Shown here: one piece after another, positions 15,670 to 17,508 of the stretch
Position numbering within the stretch: the first letter of the stretch is position 1
Layout of the letters: every line of letters starts with the position of its first letter
NCBI GenBank assembly: GCA_046542505.1
Contig: JBKHBH010000039.1
Span: forward strand, 1 to 17,508
DNA: 17,508 bases
Source: Thermovirgaceae bacterium
Lineage (GTDB): Bacteria; Synergistota; Synergistia; Synergistales; Thermovirgaceae
Reading direction: 5' to 3'
Notes under the pieces: generated by a model
Databases searched by the model: none
Seen by the model: only the letters and a program-made list of their open reading frames with translations
Told to the model about the DNA's origin: nothing
Position numbers and translations under genes: made by a program

Positions 15670-16131
15670 TTACGGCAATTCCGACCCCGGCCGGTAGATC
15701 AGGACCGAACAGTGGGCATAACGGGCGATCGTTGAAGCAGTGCTCCCTACGACGAGTCTCTCGATGGCGCTGTGGCCGCGATAGCCCGTGACGATCAGGT
15801 TGTATTGATGCTCGCGGGCGAAGCGTATGATAACGTCCCCGGGGTTTCCCTCAAGAATGTGCACGTCCCTCTCGACGTGCTCTAGCGAGGGGTTTTTTCC
15901 CTCGGCTTTTTTCAGATAATAGAGAAGCCTTTTTCTGGCCACCTCCGAGATTTCCTGATCGATGTCTTTCCTGGGGATCCAGGGCTCGTACCCTTTAAAA
16001 AGATACGGATGGGGGAGCACGTGCATGAAGCTGACGCTCACATCCAGCCGGCCCCCGAGGCTGAGACCGTAATCCACAACCTGTTCCCCCATACGGCTGA
16101 GGTCAACGGCGACAAGGATTTTTCGGGGCAT
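15670..16131 (-). CDS. Universal stress protein (UspA family)
   Basis: KILVAVDLS, MHV, EGNPGDVI, LIVTGYRGHSAIERLVVGSTA..IARYAHCSVLI; SD GGAGGTG. Confidence 0.93.
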   Translation of the reverse strand: MPRKILVAVDLSRMGEQVVDYGLSLGGRLDVSVSFMHVLPHPYLFKGYEPWIPRKDIDQEISEVARKRLLYYLKKAEGKNPSLEHVERDVHILEGNPGDVIIRFAREHQYNLIVTGYRGHSAIERLVVGSTASTIARYAHCSVLIYRPGSELP

Positions 16132-16175
16132 TACCGGTCACCTCCAGGACATCTACGTCTTGTAAATGCAATGAT

Positions 16176-16184
16176 ATTTTATCA
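16176..16184 (-). promoter_or_regulatory. Extended -10 promoter element for the usp gene
   Basis: Minus strand TGATAAAAT about 45 nt upstream of the start; embedded in a TGATA-N3-TATCA palindrome. Confidence 0.45.
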
Positions 16185-16271
16185 CGATGAAACGCCATAA
16201 GAAAAGACACAGGTCTCTTGATCTTGGGTTACAATGAGGCCGTTTCCAGCCCGAAAGCCGGAGGTGTCTCC

Positions 16272-17054
16272 GTGGAAATTGTCTGGATTTTTCTGAGCGG
16301 TTCCCTGGGAGCCTGCATGGGCTCTTTTCTCAACGTGGTTGCCTTGCGGACGGTTCATGAACATTCCTGGTGGGGTTCCGAGCGGTCGCGTTGCGATGAA
16401 TGCGGTACGCCACTGTCCGGGTTCGACCTGATACCCATTGTATCTTTCCTGCTGCTTCGCGGCCGATGCAGGCACTGCGGCAAGCCCTTTTCGGCGGGTT
16501 ATTTCCTCGTGGAGCTTGCGGGGACTTTCATCGGTGTCGCGGTGGTCTGGAGGTGGGGGCTTTCCTGGGCAACCCTGACCGGACTTGTGCTGGGCTATGG
16601 GTTGTTGTTAAACTCCCTGACGGACATGTATTCGGGGTATGTCTATGACATTTTCGCCTGGTCTCCCGGTGTCGTGGTCTTTCTGATTCGCATTGCCGGC
16701 GGCAAGGAGGCAATTTTTGATGGTTTGGCAGGCGCCCTTCTCGGGTTCGGAGTCGTGGCAGTCATAATCCTTGCAAGCAGGGGGGGCATGGGTTGGGGTG
16801 ATGCCGGCCTCACGGGGGGAATGGGCGCCGCGCTGGGTTGGAAGCTCATGGCCGTGGGGCTTTATTCCGGCTTCATGATAGGCGGAGTGACCGCTCTGGC
16901 TCTTCTTCTGGCAAAGCGGGTGACGCGCAAGCAGGCCCTGCCGCTGGTTCCGTTTTTGGCTCTAGGAGGACTCGCAGCCATTCTTGCGGGCCCCATGGCT
17001 CTAGGATATTTCGGACTGGAAGCCGGGTGGCCCTGGCTGCAACAGGGGGGTTAG
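16272..17054 (+). CDS. pilD: Prepilin peptidase (A24A, PilD/ComC-like)
   Basis: GSFLNVV, RSRCDECG...DLIPIVSF...GRCRHCG, SLTD and GMGWGD catalytic aspartates, LPLVPFL; GTG start after GGAGGTG. Confidence 0.92.
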   Translation: MEIVWIFLSGSLGACMGSFLNVVALRTVHEHSWWGSERSRCDECGTPLSGFDLIPIVSFLLLRGRCRHCGKPFSAGYFLVELAGTFIGVAVVWRWGLSWATLTGLVLGYGLLLNSLTDMYSGYVYDIFAWSPGVVVFLIRIAGGKEAIFDGLAGALLGFGVVAVIILASRGGMGWGDAGLTGGMGAALGWKLMAVGLYSGFMIGGVTALALLLAKRVTRKQALPLVPFLALGGLAAILAGPMALGYFGLEAGWPWLQQGG

Positions 17055-17507
17055 CCTTTCAGCCATTATTTCCAAAGGTTTCAGTGACGGGTGACCGTGA
17101 AGATGCTTGAAGGGGTGATCCGCCCCCTCGATGACGTGAAAGATTTTCCGCGTTTCGGGCAGGGGAACCTCCCTGAGGATTTTTCTGCAGGATTCTTCCG
17201 AAAAGGTGCCGTCAAGGCTGCCGTAGAAGGAAACGAAATACTCCGCCGAAAGATTTCGGGCCGCCTCGTGAAGAACGCTTTCCGGAGGCATTGAGTCAAG
17301 AATCGGAAGATTCAGGGATTGTTTTCCCTCGGGGCGGATCCTGCCCCCGCTTCCGCTGGTGATGATGCCGCTGAAACAAAACCCGGGCAGGAGGGGGGCG
17401 TTTTGGTTTTCGCCGCTCAGGATGGTTTTCGAAGAGCCTCCTGCAATTGCCAAGGCGTGGATGCCTCCAAGGGAGAATCCCCATATCCAGAGGTCGTTTT
17501 CGGGAAA
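17001..17507 (-). CDS. Alpha/beta hydrolase, C-terminal part (5' end beyond the window edge)
   Basis: The frame stays open to the edge and reads FPENDLWIWGFSLGGIHALAIA (GxSxG elbow), FYGSLD (Asp) and IEGADHPF (His). Confidence 0.8.
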   Translation of the reverse strand, partial: FPENDLWIWGFSLGGIHALAIAGGSSKTILSGENQNAPLLPGFCFSGIITSGSGGRIRPEGKQSLNLPILDSMPPESVLHEAARNLSAEYFVSFYGSLDGTFSEESCRKILREVPLPETRKIFHVIEGADHPFKHLHGHPSLKPLEIMAERLTPLLQPGPPGFQSEIS

Positions 17508-17508
17508 A

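Noticed and set aside
16172..16184. TGATA-N3-TATCA palindrome as a Rex, FNR or Fur site
   Set aside because: The spacing fits none of those consensus boxes; it is adequately explained as the usp extended -10

Overview
This is a moderately GC-rich bacterial chromosomal window with strong GGAGGTG ribosome-binding sites. The gene content suggests an anaerobe, possibly Synergistota, but that assignment is inference only. The left 4.5 kb holds two convergent metal-cofactor/Fe-S gene sets meeting at a bidirectional terminator: (+) NifB/NifX-family protein and Mrp/NBP35 ATPase; (-) a second NifB/NifX protein, two ferredoxin-insert MinD-type ATPases and a strongly remodelled HemB (porphobilinogen synthase) homolog. 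The HemB homolog keeps both Schiff-base lysines and the P-site residues but has lost the Zn site, the lid arginines and the N-terminal arm. Upstream of the (-) operon is a sigma70 promoter with a Fur-box-like site and a ~110-nt structured leader or sRNA candidate (hairpin, CU-rich tract, terminator-like hairpin). A 15-bp motif recurs in front of both NifX genes. The rest encodes a DUF3536/GH57 protein, a small secreted protein, a Fur-family regulator with a Cys/Arg-rich tail, an M48 peptidase, a DUF4139 protein, YchF, an old-yellow-enzyme flavin oxidoreductase, a ROK kinase, YitT, a hypothetical protein, a universal stress protein, a prepilin peptidase and a truncated alpha/beta hydrolase. I saw no mobile elements, CRISPR arrays, rRNA or tRNA genes. 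All family assignments come from motif recognition, not database searches.
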